62,362 nucleotides of DNA from a virus (IMGVR_UViG_3300037493_001856:1-62362); one strand, 5' to 3'. Positions 42,215 to 51,769 are shown, counted from the first letter of the stretch. Notes: generated by a model from the letters alone, not told the origin. A program made the numbers and translations.

Positions 42215-42845
42215 GATTGGTTCCTTAGCGGTTGGTGGAGTTTGCATGATAGCACAAGCTCAGGGATACGCAAGGTATTTTTACGCTGTACCAGTAGTAC
42301 AAGGTAAAGGGGATTTTGGTACGAAAAACAAGGCGATATTCAAGCTGTACCGTAAGTACCGTAAGTACCAGCACATGTAGAACTGGGTTTGACGTTTTTA
42401 AGAGAGAGGTTGTAAGCGAATATACCTATGAAGAAACCTAAGATAGGGTCGCCAAGGGGTCGCGTGACGAACACACTGCTTTTAACCTTCTTGTAATTAT
42501 TGTATATATGGTACTTACTGAATATACTAAGGAGGCCAAAGCCGGTTTCCCCCATATGGCCACTAAAGCCGGTCACCGTTCTTGAGCGTGGTATAAAGTA
42601 GTTGTTTTAGTACCTTGTAAAGATACTTCTTGCACACCTTGAATATACCTTTGTGAGAATCTCACACCCCCGTGGCGTTGCCGTGCCGGGTACTGTCCCT
42701 CCGATGTGCGGCCAACATCGTCTATAAATCTTCAGTAGTACTACTGACGTTTCCACCACCGTGATGCTAACGTGCAGCTGCCGTGCAGGGTACTGTCCCG
42801 CTACCGGCAGGACCGGTTGTGAGAATCTCACAGAAAAGCTGGACG

Positions 42846-42869
42846 AAAAAAAGCCCGCCGGAGCGGGCT
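42846..42869 (-). terminator. Rho-independent terminator
   Basis: AGCCCGC-tccg-GCGGGCT followed by a T run on the minus strand. Confidence 0.8.
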
Positions 42870-42887
42870 GTTAGGGTTTGCCGGATT

Positions 42888-43385
42888 TTACTTTTTGCCG
42901 ACCGTGGCCGTCGTGAGCTTGGAGCTGATCATCGCAAGGCATTCCGCGAATTTCGCGCGATCCCCAGCTGGCAGGAAGGTGTTAGCCAGTTCGGCCACGC
43001 GCGATATCGCTGCAGCATTCGTCACTTCGGTTTTTGGCTTCGCATCGCTGGGCTTCGCATCGCTGGGCTTCGCATCGCTGGGCTTTGCAACCTTGACCGA
43101 AACCACGCCCGCCTTGTCCAGCGAATATCCGGCCTTGCCGCGAACCGCGTCTGTCATAAGCCGGCGGACTTTCGATTGTATGTCCTTCGTTGCGCCGGTG
43201 TAGGCGGGGTCCGCAAGCAGCACTTTATATGCGACTTCGTAAGCGATCATGTTGGTCATGGTAGAGCATTCGACGAAGCCCACATAAGCCCGCAGCGCAT
43301 CGCCCGCCTTAAGGCCGGAGGAAATGGCCGCCCCAGCGGCCTTAATGACAACGGCAGCAGTAACTTGTTTGGTGGTTGCATTCAT
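42888..43385 (-). CDS. First early gene; Ala/Lys-rich protein with KPSDA x3
   Basis: RBS AAGGA; own extended -10 (TGtTATAAT at 43435..43443) and terminator; 15-bp tandem at 43036..43080. Confidence 0.65.
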   Translation of the reverse strand: MNATTKQVTAAVVIKAAGAAISSGLKAGDALRAYVGFVECSTMTNMIAYEVAYKVLLADPAYTGATKDIQSKVRRLMTDAVRGKAGYSLDKAGVVSVKVAKPSDAKPSDAKPSDAKPKTEVTNAAAISRVAELANTFLPAGDRAKFAECLAMISSKLTTATVGKK

Positions 43386-43688
43386 GATGTCTTTTCCTTT
43401 AAGTAAGTTCTGCATAACGTTATGCAGTGACTACATTATAACACGCTTTCCCCCATATGCGGAGGATTCGAGCTTTGTGAGAATCTCACAGCAAGGCTTG
43501 AGAGAATCTGGCGAGCGACCCATGCCGGGGGGCCGGGGGGCAAATCGTTTTCGTGGTGTGGGAGGGGGCGCGCCACTCCCACGATCACTAAAAAACGAGA
43601 GGGGGGAGTGGGGGCTATCAAAAATCACTTGATTTTAAGGTGTTCTTCGCGTAAAGTCCTACCTACACGCACACCCCGGAGAGTCGCC

Positions 43689-44927
43689 ATGTTAGGAAAA
43701 CGATTTGGAAAACTTGTAGTTTTGGAGAAGCTCAGGTCTCACCCTCAGATAAAGAAAGACGGGTACTACCGTTGCCGCTGTGACTGCGGCACCATTTGTG
43801 AGGCCCGAGCGACCTCGTTACGCAAAGGGCACAAGCGGTCATGTGGCTGTCTCGCTGCGATTGCACAATCGTCGCCGTGGGTAGGCCGCGCCGTCGGTCA
43901 GCTCACGGTAGTGGAAAAACTTGAGGGTAAGCGCTACCGTTGTGTGTGCGCTTGCGGGAGAGAAATCGTGTCAACCAGCATGTGGAGTCGCAACAAGACC
44001 GCCGAGGCGGGAGGGGAGGTTAACTGCCGTGGTCCGGCTCACAGTATTGTGAGGGGGCCAAAGATACCTAAACCTAGAGGGTGTGCCAGCAAGCATGAGC
44101 TGTACAGCGTGTGGCGAGGGATAATGACGAGGTGTCTGAATGTATCGTCGCCCGCCTACCCTGTGTATGGCGGGCGAGGTATCACAATTTGCTCTGATTG
44201 GGCGAACGATTTTTGGGCTTTTGCGGTATACGTAGACAGCGTGCTTGGTGTGAGGCCGTCGTCTGGCCACTCGATTGATAGGGTAAATAACAATTCAGGG
44301 TATGAACCTGAAAATATCCGCTGGGCGACGAGCCTAGAACAAGGCCGAAACACTAGGAATTGTCGCCCGTTTCGGTATAAAGGTGTTTTGTGGCCTGCTC
44401 ATACAGCCGCATTTGACGCGTGGGTTGCTGACGGGCGACCGGATTGTTGGGAGTTTCGTACAGCTAGTATGTCAAGGCGACTTAATGGTCAGCTGTCCGC
44501 AAAAGAGAGGGGGGAAGCTAGAGAGGCAGCTGATGCCCTCTCTATGGTGCTACACAAAGAAAAACAGATAGCACGCGGTGTAGAAAAGCAGGCACAGCGA
44601 AAAGCTCGTCTGGATAAGTTGTTGCGTCCCGCGAAAGTGTTAGGCGACGTGCTGCGGTTGAGGGGGTTGGTGGCTGTAACGCTGGCCGATGTGGATGTGT
44701 TGGTGACGTTGTGCTTGAATCGAGGAGTTGCCCCTACGCGGCACTATCAGATAACCAGCTTACAGATAGCAGCTAGGGCCGCAGCACGTATGCCGCATAT
44801 GTTCTCTGTAGATTCGTCCGGAGACTGGTGTAGGGAAGTACGCCTATTGTCTCACCCTCATGCCGTCGAGCCTGCACTTTCGTCGGTGACCTGCACTTTC
44901 GTCGGTGACCTGCACTTTCGTCGGTGA
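43689..44927 (+). CDS. HNH homing endonuclease with C-terminal extension
   Basis: GKRFGKL.V, CRCDCG, RSCGC, YGGRGI.IC, SIDR.NN...YEP.NIRWAT. Confidence 0.75.
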   Translation: MLGKRFGKLVVLEKLRSHPQIKKDGYYRCRCDCGTICEARATSLRKGHKRSCGCLAAIAQSSPWVGRAVGQLTVVEKLEGKRYRCVCACGREIVSTSMWSRNKTAEAGGEVNCRGPAHSIVRGPKIPKPRGCASKHELYSVWRGIMTRCLNVSSPAYPVYGGRGITICSDWANDFWAFAVYVDSVLGVRPSSGHSIDRVNNNSGYEPENIRWATSLEQGRNTRNCRPFRYKGVLWPAHTAAFDAWVADGRPDCWEFRTASMSRRLNGQLSAKERGEAREAADALSMVLHKEKQIARGVEKQAQRKARLDKLLRPAKVLGDVLRLRGLVAVTLADVDVLVTLCLNRGVAPTRHYQITSLQIAARAAARMPHMFSVDSSGDWCREVRLLSHPHAVEPALSSVTCTFVGDLHFRR

Positions 44928-44936
44928 CCTGCACTT
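44871..44936 (+). repeat. Tandem 19-bp repeat CCTGCACTTTCGTCGGTGA x3.5
   Basis: Read directly from the sequence. Confidence 0.92.
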
Positions 44937-44963
44937 GACTCACCCAAATCTCACCCCTATACT
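44935..44963 (+). promoter_or_regulatory. Sigma70-like promoter TTGACT-17-TATACT for the packaging operon
   Basis: Near-consensus; ATG follows at 44970 (possibly leaderless). Confidence 0.6.
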
Positions 44964-44969
44964 GCCGCC

Positions 44970-45173
44970 ATGACAGCCAAACATTGTCCCCAGTGTGACC
45001 GCGACGTACCTCTCGCTGACTTCCCCAACAACTCGTCACGTGTCGACGGTAAGGGAGGGTGGTGCAAGCAGTGCATGAGGGAGTACACACGTGTGTGGAA
45101 GCTCAAGAATCCGGAAACCAACCGCCTGCACGCCCGCATATATCACCAGAACAAGAAACTGAGGGCCCAGTGA
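44970..45173 (+). CDS. Small zinc-finger protein
   Basis: KHCPQC...F...DG..WCKQC. Confidence 0.6.
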   Translation: MTAKHCPQCDRDVPLADFPNNSSRVDGKGGWCKQCMREYTRVWKLKNPETNRLHARIYHQNKKLRAQ

Positions 45174-45760
45174 ACGACTCCGAGCTGGACGATCTGCTGC
45201 CAGAAGACCCAGACGCCGAAACAGTGGCGGTTGAAGCACTGGCCAAGACGCTGGCACCACTGCCGCAGCCTCGGGATGACCCGTCGACACCCCCCTACCC
45301 CCGTGGACTCATCCTCGACCTGCTACTGAAGACCCGCCCTATCCCTGATTTGCTCGTAGCGTACAAAATCTCGGTGGAGGAGTTCAAGAGTCTCACCCAG
45401 CACCCTGTTTTCCGGCAGGATATGCAGGATATGAAGGAAAAGCTGCGTGAGGAGGGGTTTTCCTTCCGCGTAAAGGCTCAGGCACAAGCCGAGCAGTACC
45501 TGCAAGCCGCGTGGGTGATGGTGCATGACGCTGCCACACCTGCAAATGTCCGCGCCGACCTGATAAAGTGGACCACAAAGGTAGCCGCGCTCGAACCCAG
45601 CCCGCAGTCCATCGCCAGCGACATGAGTAAGTCTCTCCCACAGATGGCCCAAGCACTGAAAGACATGCCGGCGGACGAGTTGGAGATGCGGGTGTACCAA
45701 ATAATCGCCCGAAAGGCGAAAGCCTCCGCCCCTGAAGGCGTGACGTACGATGCCGCCTAG
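45170..45760 (+). CDS. Putative terminase small subunit
   Basis: Directly precedes terL; helical; GTGA coupling. Confidence 0.5.
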   Translation: MNDSELDDLLPEDPDAETVAVEALAKTLAPLPQPRDDPSTPPYPRGLILDLLLKTRPIPDLLVAYKISVEEFKSLTQHPVFRQDMQDMKEKLREEGFSFRVKAQAQAEQYLQAAWVMVHDAATPANVRADLIKWTTKVAALEPSPQSIASDMSKSLPQMAQALKDMPADELEMRVYQIIARKAKASAPEGVTYDAA

Positions 45761-47372
45761 TCCTGACCTCGACGATATCGACCTGACCCAGTTTCCTGCT
45801 GGGGAGCGCGTGGTGATCGAGGAATGGCTGCGCCGCCGCACTATGCAGGCCAAAGGCCAGTCGTTCATTGAGTACGTGAGACATATTGCTCCGTGGTTCG
45901 TTTGGGAAGAGGCTCATATTGCCGTGGCAGAAAAGCTGCAAGCGGTGGCGGACGGCGAGATAGATCGTTTGATGCTGTTCATTGCACCGAGAACGGGGAA
46001 GTCCCAGATGGCGTCGGTGTTCTTCCCGACGTATTTCATAGGTAACAACCCCAGCAAGCAGATCATGCAGGTTGGCCACAGTGCCACGATGTCGGAGGGC
46101 TTTGGTCGGGAAGCGCGGAACATCCTGACGACCTCGGAGTATGCCGAGGTGTTTCCCGGCACCCGCCTCTCAAAGGACAGCCGCAGCGTCAGCGCGTGGG
46201 CGACGACAGAAAACGGAAAGTACAGCACCGCCGGCGTGGACACAGGTATTGCAGGTAAAGGGTGGGCACTCGGTATCCTCGACGATCTGTTGAACGAGAA
46301 GACGGCGATTTCGCGCACAGCAAAAGAAGGGATTTGGAACTGGTACGGCCCGGGGTTCTATTCCCGGCAAATGCCTCGCGACTACGTGACCAGTAAAGGT
46401 AGTGCCATAATAAACATCCAAACCCGCTGGAGTGTAGACGATCTCGCGGGCCGGCTGTTGGCACAGCAGGCGATAAATTCGGAAGCGGATAAGTGGGAGG
46501 TGTTGTCGATACCGGCTATCCTCGACGAGCAGTCAGCGGCCCTCTTGACGCGAATCAGTCACGCACCACAGTACAGAAAGTACCTGCCCGACACACCGAT
46601 CACGTTCCACCCCGGCGACTCGTATGCCCCCCGGCGATTCCCGTACGCCGACCTGATGCGCACGAAGCACGGGTCGACGATGAGCCCCCGCGCGTGGAGT
46701 GCGCTGTACCTGCAGAACCCGGTGGCGGAAGAAGGCGGGTTGCTGCGCGCGGATTGGTGGAAGAAGTGGCCAGAGAAGAAGCCCATGCCCGCGATGACGT
46801 ACATATTCCAGTCCTACGACGTGGCGTCGGAGACGGCGGCACACAACGACTTCACGGCGCGTACGACGTGGGGGATGTTCAAGCGCCCTGACGATGGGCG
46901 GATGTGCCTGATGGTCGTGGAGTACACACTGCATAAACTGGACTTCCCCGCGCTGCTGGAGAACGCACTGGCCAGCTACAACGAGTACAAGCCTGACCGG
47001 GTCATCGTAGAAAAGGCGTCGAGCGGTATCCCGCTGTACCAAGAATTTAGAAAACGAGGTATTCCGGTCTCACCCATAAAGCCGCTTGGGACGAAGTACA
47101 GCCGTGCGGATGCAGCGACTATCCCCTTGAGCCAAGGTGTGGTGTACCACCCCGACCGGCGCTGGGCGGCGAACCTGATCGACGTATGTGCGGCGTTCCC
47201 TGCCGGCGCGGAGGATGACTCGGTCGACAGCACGACGATGGCGCTCAACTACGCACGGCGTATGTTCCTCCTCGAAACTCCCGATGATGTCGAAGACGAT
47301 GACGACGATGTGGACGACGCTCCGAAAAGAAGCTACGCTAGGCGGCAGAGCCGCCTGCCGATGGCGGCATAG
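45750..47372 (+). CDS. terL: Terminase large subunit
   Basis: APRTGKS, ILDD, QTRW..DDL.G, LYLQNP, SYD, VEK.SSG, DD.VDS. Confidence 0.95.
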   Translation: MPPSPDLDDIDLTQFPAGERVVIEEWLRRRTMQAKGQSFIEYVRHIAPWFVWEEAHIAVAEKLQAVADGEIDRLMLFIAPRTGKSQMASVFFPTYFIGNNPSKQIMQVGHSATMSEGFGREARNILTTSEYAEVFPGTRLSKDSRSVSAWATTENGKYSTAGVDTGIAGKGWALGILDDLLNEKTAISRTAKEGIWNWYGPGFYSRQMPRDYVTSKGSAIINIQTRWSVDDLAGRLLAQQAINSEADKWEVLSIPAILDEQSAALLTRISHAPQYRKYLPDTPITFHPGDSYAPRRFPYADLMRTKHGSTMSPRAWSALYLQNPVAEEGGLLRADWWKKWPEKKPMPAMTYIFQSYDVASETAAHNDFTARTTWGMFKRPDDGRMCLMVVEYTLHKLDFPALLENALASYNEYKPDRVIVEKASSGIPLYQEFRKRGIPVSPIKPLGTKYSRADAATIPLSQGVVYHPDRRWAANLIDVCAAFPAGAEDDSVDSTTMALNYARRMFLLETPDDVEDDDDDVDDAPKRSYARRQSRLPMAA

Positions 47373-47381
47373 GAGAAGATT

Positions 47382-48059
47382 ATGGCTGACCCTCGCCGAC
47401 CGAAAGAGCGTAACCCGTCGCTGGAGGAACTCGTGTATTTCCTGCAGAACCCGCAGGTGGCGGGGTACATGGCCCCGGAAGGGGGGGACGGCGTTGTGCT
47501 CAACCCCGCGCCCCGACTGGACATGGAGAAGCAGGCCGTGTACGACAACGAGACGCTGCGGCACACCTTCCGCAAAGAACCTACCAACGTGAAACTGACC
47601 CCCGAACAGACGGCGATGCTGGACGAAACATCGTACCGGAACGCCTCGGACCAGAACCGTGCGGCTACGATCATGGCGCGTCTGATGTCTGGCGACCCGT
47701 CTGGCGGCAAACCGAGTTTCGAGCAGGACGCCGAGATGTGGAACCGCCGCAATCCGCTGCGCAAACCGGGGGCCATCAGTCAGGCGCTGCGCCCACCGGT
47801 GGGCAAGTTCGACCCTGAAGGATCGGGGTACGACTACAAAACAGCGCTTCGACACGACATGGAGCCGGAGGACGGAGGGCACTGGGGGTCTGTTGCACCT
47901 GCCCCCAACGTGGCTCCTGACGCATACCAGATGCTCAAAGGCGCTGGTCACGACACATGGGGTAAAGGTGTGTTCGGTGAGGCCCAGCGAGGCAGTAAAG
48001 TTGTGAAGATCGGAGACCGGTATTACTCGGTGCCGAACGACCACCCAGTTAAACGATAA
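47382..48059 (+). CDS. Hypothetical protein between terL and portal
   Basis: RBS AGGAG; 225 aa. Confidence 0.6.
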   Translation: MADPRRPKERNPSLEELVYFLQNPQVAGYMAPEGGDGVVLNPAPRLDMEKQAVYDNETLRHTFRKEPTNVKLTPEQTAMLDETSYRNASDQNRAATIMARLMSGDPSGGKPSFEQDAEMWNRRNPLRKPGAISQALRPPVGKFDPEGSGYDYKTALRHDMEPEDGGHWGSVAPAPNVAPDAYQMLKGAGHDTWGKGVFGEAQRGSKVVKIGDRYYSVPNDHPVKR

Positions 48060-48069
48060 GGAAACGATC

Positions 48070-50643
48070 ATGTTCTCTACCAGCCAAACCCCCGACGAAA
48101 TCGAGATGCCCGCCGAGATGCTCCTCGAAGAAATGATTCCGCTTGAAGAGCGGGAGGAGATTACCATCGACCCAGAGACAGGAGAGATCATCGAGGAGTC
48201 GCTGTCGGTCTCGATGGGTATCATCGACACCCTGCCGTTCAACACCAACCTTGCCGGGGTGCTCAACAAGGAAGAGCTGGAAGAGATCGGTGCGGATATC
48301 GTCGAGCGGGTGGACGCGGACAAGGAGTCCCGCAAGAAGTGGTACGACACCTTCACGCAGGGGATGAAGGCCCTCGGCGTGTATTGCGCAGATGACGAGG
48401 CAGACACAGGCATTACTCGGGTGACCCACCCCCTCCTCGTTGAAGCGGCGACCCAGTTCCAAGCGCGCGCGATGGCAGAGCTGCTCCCTCCCGGCGGGCC
48501 GGTGAAGTCGCAGATTGTGGGACAGAAGACCCCCGAGGTAGTGGCGCAAGGGGAGCGCGTCGAAGCGTACATGAACTACCAGCTGACCGTCGAGGACAGA
48601 GGGTATTACGAGGAGCGGGACCAGATGCTGTACCTGCTGCCGTTCTCAGGCAGCGAGTTCGACAAGCAGTACACCGACCCGGTGACCGGCAAGAACATCA
48701 GCCGATGGGTGCGCTGTGACAACTTCATCGTGCCATACGACACGAAGTCCCTTGAGTCGGCATCCCGCTACACCCATGCAATCCCGATGACGCACAACGA
48801 GTACCGCCGCGCGGTCAAGGCGGGGTTCTACTCTGCCGACTTGCTGGAGGATGGGGAATACGGACAGATTGACGAGGGGGACGAGGCTCCGCTGACGGAA
48901 GTGCTGACGGACTTGGACGGGCAGGAGAAGCCCGCCGCTCGCATGGACGGCGACAAGCAGCATGTGTTCTACGAGTGCCATATCGACTACGACCTGCCGA
49001 ACTACGAGGAAGATATTGCGCTGCCGTTCATCATCACGGTGGACAGCGCGACGAAGAAAGTGCTAGGTATCCGCCGTAACTGGCGGGAGGCTGACGAGAC
49101 CAAGACCAAGAGGATTTGGTTCACCCATAAGAAGTTCCTGCCCGGATTCGGGTTCTACGGGTTCGGCCTGCTCCATGCCATCGGCAACCTCGGTGAAGCC
49201 GCGACGGAAATTCTGCGCATTCTGCTCGACTCGGGGGCGTTCGCGACCCTGCAGGGAGGGTTCAAGTCCAAGGATGCGAAACTGCCGGGGGATGTGGTCC
49301 TCGAACCGGGTGTCTGGCAAGACTGCGAGATGACGGCAGAAGAATTGAGCCGTGCGTTCTACACACCGCCGTTCAAAGAGCCCAGTCAGGTGCTCAACGC
49401 ACTGCTTGGTACGATCACACAGCTTGGCCAGCGGTTCGCAGCTACGACCGAGACGATGGTGGGGGATGCCGCGACGACGGGCCCGGTGGGGACGATGGTT
49501 GCTCAGATCGAGCAGGGCAGCAAAGTGTTCAGCGGAATCCACAAGCGGCTGCACTATGCGTTCGGCACCGAGTTTATCCACCTTGCAGAGTTGAATGGCG
49601 AGACCCTCCCCGAGATGTACCCGTACGTCCCTGCAGATGGCCAGCAGAACGTCCTGCGACAGGACTTCGATGGGCGGGTAGATGTGGTGCCGGTCTCCGA
49701 CCCGAACATTTTCAGCAGTGCGCAGCGGATCGCGATGGCACAGTCGGCGTTGCAGTTGGCTCAGTCCATGCCTGATCTTGCGGATCGCCGTGCCGCTGCG
49801 GTGGGACTGCTGACCGCGATGCGGTTCCCCAACCCCGAGGGGATATTCCCGAAACCTGCCGAGGCACAGCGGCTTGATCCGGTGACGGAAGGCAGCGTGT
49901 ACATGGTCGGGCGACCGATCAAACCGTTCCTCGAACAGAATCACCAAGCCCATATTCAAGTGCACATGGGGCAGATGCAGGGGATGCCGAAAGAGAAAGC
50001 GCCGGGGATGAGTTCGCACCTGATGGCGCACATGGCGATGGCAGCGTACATGCAGCTGTCCCAGATGATGGCGCAGCAGGGCGCGCAGATGCCACCGGTG
50101 AACTGGAACGCAGGTCCGACCGAGCCGATGGGACAGGAACTCCCGCCGCAGATCGAGACGCAGATTGCCCAGATGGCGGCGCAAGCCATGCAGCAGTTCA
50201 TGCAGCAGCAACAACAGCAGGCGCAAGCGCAGCAACCCCAGCAGGCGCAGCAACCCAACCCGCAGCAGGAAGAAGCGTTCAAGCAAGCGGCGTTCGACGC
50301 GGAGGAAAAGCGCAAGCAGATGGCGTTCGATGCCGAGCAGCAACGCAAGAACATGGGGACGCAGAGCGAAGAGCAGCGGAAGAACGTGGTGATGTCGCAA
50401 GACGTGGACAGGGAAGACGCCCTCGCAGGGGTGTCCCCCGAGCTGGTGAAGCAGGCCAACGAGTTCATCAAGACTGCAGGACTGCAGATGTCCCCGAGGG
50501 AACTTGCCCTGTTGGCCAAGACGCTGGGCCAACCGTTCTCGCAAGTAGTTCAGGCGATAAGCCGCATGTCTATGGCGGGTCAGGGCGGCGGGCCGGCTCC
50601 GATAGCGCAAGGGATCAACCAAACCCAAGCGAGGTTCGTGTAA
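48070..50643 (+). CDS. Portal protein
   Basis: HPLLVEAATQFQARA..EL.P..GPVK, PG.GFYG.GL, PVGT, HKRL, PVSDPN; Q-rich tail. Confidence 0.92.
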   Translation: MFSTSQTPDEIEMPAEMLLEEMIPLEEREEITIDPETGEIIEESLSVSMGIIDTLPFNTNLAGVLNKEELEEIGADIVERVDADKESRKKWYDTFTQGMKALGVYCADDEADTGITRVTHPLLVEAATQFQARAMAELLPPGGPVKSQIVGQKTPEVVAQGERVEAYMNYQLTVEDRGYYEERDQMLYLLPFSGSEFDKQYTDPVTGKNISRWVRCDNFIVPYDTKSLESASRYTHAIPMTHNEYRRAVKAGFYSADLLEDGEYGQIDEGDEAPLTEVLTDLDGQEKPAARMDGDKQHVFYECHIDYDLPNYEEDIALPFIITVDSATKKVLGIRRNWREADETKTKRIWFTHKKFLPGFGFYGFGLLHAIGNLGEAATEILRILLDSGAFATLQGGFKSKDAKLPGDVVLEPGVWQDCEMTAEELSRAFYTPPFKEPSQVLNALLGTITQLGQRFAATTETMVGDAATTGPVGTMVAQIEQGSKVFSGIHKRLHYAFGTEFIHLAELNGETLPEMYPYVPADGQQNVLRQDFDGRVDVVPVSDPNIFSSAQRIAMAQSALQLAQSMPDLADRRAAAVGLLTAMRFPNPEGIFPKPAEAQRLDPVTEGSVYMVGRPIKPFLEQNHQAHIQVHMGQMQGMPKEKAPGMSSHLMAHMAMAAYMQLSQMMAQQGAQMPPVNWNAGPTEPMGQELPPQIETQIAQMAAQAMQQFMQQQQQQAQAQQPQQAQQPNPQQEEAFKQAAFDAEEKRKQMAFDAEQQRKNMGTQSEEQRKNVVMSQDVDREDALAGVSPELVKQANEFIKTAGLQMSPRELALLAKTLGQPFSQVVQAISRMSMAGQGGGPAPIAQGINQTQARFV

Positions 50644-50831
50644 TGCTGATCATCACCAAATCAAAAGCGCAGAGACAAGCCGAGGAGAAGCGGCAGTACG
50701 TCAAGGAGGAAGCACGAGCGCTTGATGGCATGGTTACTGCGCGCACCGGGCGACCCGGTGAACGAGAAGAGTACCCCGATCTTGGGGCGGCTTATTGGGC
50801 GCGGCGCACTGCTCTAAACGAATTCAAATAA
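50643..50831 (+). CDS. Hypothetical protein
   Basis: Coupled ORF. Confidence 0.5.
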   Translation: MLIITKSKAQRQAEEKRQYVKEEARALDGMVTARTGRPGEREEYPDLGAAYWARRTALNEFK

Positions 50832-50840
50832 GGAGAAGCG

Positions 50841-51041
50841 ATGAGACTGGAACAACTGCAGATCGTCCTGCGGGACGAGATAGGCAAGGAAATGAGATCG
50901 GCGGCTGACAAGATGTCGGCAGGCCGCGCAGTGGACTACGCAGGGTATCGGCAGCTGGTCGGGCATATCCAAGGACTGGCGGCAGCGATAGATAGAGTTG
51001 ATGCCGTGTTCAAACAGTTTTATGACGACGAAGGAGAGTGA
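50841..51041 (+). CDS. Conserved small head-module protein
   Basis: DY..YR.LVG.IQGL motif; RBS. Confidence 0.7.
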   Translation: MRLEQLQIVLRDEIGKEMRSAADKMSAGRAVDYAGYRQLVGHIQGLAAAIDRVDAVFKQFYDDEGE

Positions 51042-51042
51042 G

Positions 51043-51342
51043 GTGGAGCACGACCCCACAGGGCTGAAGGCAAAGCGGCGCGCGAGTGGTCGCGAAGCGT
51101 GGTTGCAGAAAGTGGAGAAGTCGAAATGGCTCCCGGGGCTTTTCCGTTACCGCATCGGTCACCCGCGCGCGGGTTGGCGGGACGTGCCTTGGTGCAAGCC
51201 TTGGGCGGAGGATGTACGCCTGATTATGACGTGGAACACCAAGCTGTATTCGGATTGGTTCGCCTACCAGAAACTGCGACTGGAAAGGTGGCGTGCAGCA
51301 CGGAAGACTCGCAGCGACCTGAAGTATTACGAAGGAGAGTGA
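51043..51342 (+). CDS. Hypothetical basic protein
   Basis: GTG start with RBS. Confidence 0.45.
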   Translation: MEHDPTGLKAKRRASGREAWLQKVEKSKWLPGLFRYRIGHPRAGWRDVPWCKPWAEDVRLIMTWNTKLYSDWFAYQKLRLERWRAARKTRSDLKYYEGE

Positions 51343-51343
51343 T

Positions 51344-51760
51344 TTGAGTAACCATGACGAAGGCAATTCTGGCTGGAGCAACGAAGACACAGAGCTGCCC
51401 GAAGGGTTTGAGGAAGACCTGCCCCTCCCTACATTCTGGAGGGTGATCATCGCGCCGACGCGCCCCAAGGAAGTTTCCAAGGGAGGCATCGTGCTGGCGC
51501 TGGCGAATCAGGATGCGCAGGAGATTCTCAACTGCATTGGCAAGGTCGTTGCCTTGGGGCCAATGGCGGGCAAGCATGAGCGACTCGGTGGAGATGGGAC
51601 GAATACCGGCCCCGGATTTCCAAAAGTTGGCGAGTACGTCGCGTTTGGGCGGTTCGCAGGACTTCGGCTCGTGCATCGCGGAGTGAAGCTACTTCTGGCC
51701 AACGACGACGAGATTTTGGCGATTGTGCCAAACCCCGCAACCCTGCAAACATCGAAATAA
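51344..51760 (+). CDS. groES: Co-chaperonin GroES (Cpn10)
   Basis: P..WRVII, SKGGIVL, GKVVALGP, KVGEYV.F..FAG, NDDEILA. Confidence 0.88.
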   Translation: MSNHDEGNSGWSNEDTELPEGFEEDLPLPTFWRVIIAPTRPKEVSKGGIVLALANQDAQEILNCIGKVVALGPMAGKHERLGGDGTNTGPGFPKVGEYVAFGRFAGLRLVHRGVKLLLANDDEILAIVPNPATLQTSK

Positions 51761-51769
51761 GGAACGATC

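Larger units (their letters stand above)
35189..43490. repeat. Dispersed 15-bp palindrome TGTGAG-N3-CTCACA, 11 copies
   Basis: Starts at 35189, 36412, 37685, 39556, 39960, 41065 (last base G), 41287, 41586, 42652, 42818, 43476. Confidence 0.9.

Noticed and set aside
35189-43490. Palindromes as canonical CRP sites or parS
   Set aside because: CRP needs TGTGA-N6-TCACA and these have N5; canonical parS (TGTTTCACGTGAAACA) does not match and no ParA/ParB is seen
47070-50628. 500-aa and 521-aa minus-strand ORFs
   Set aside because: Shadows of the terminase and portal genes
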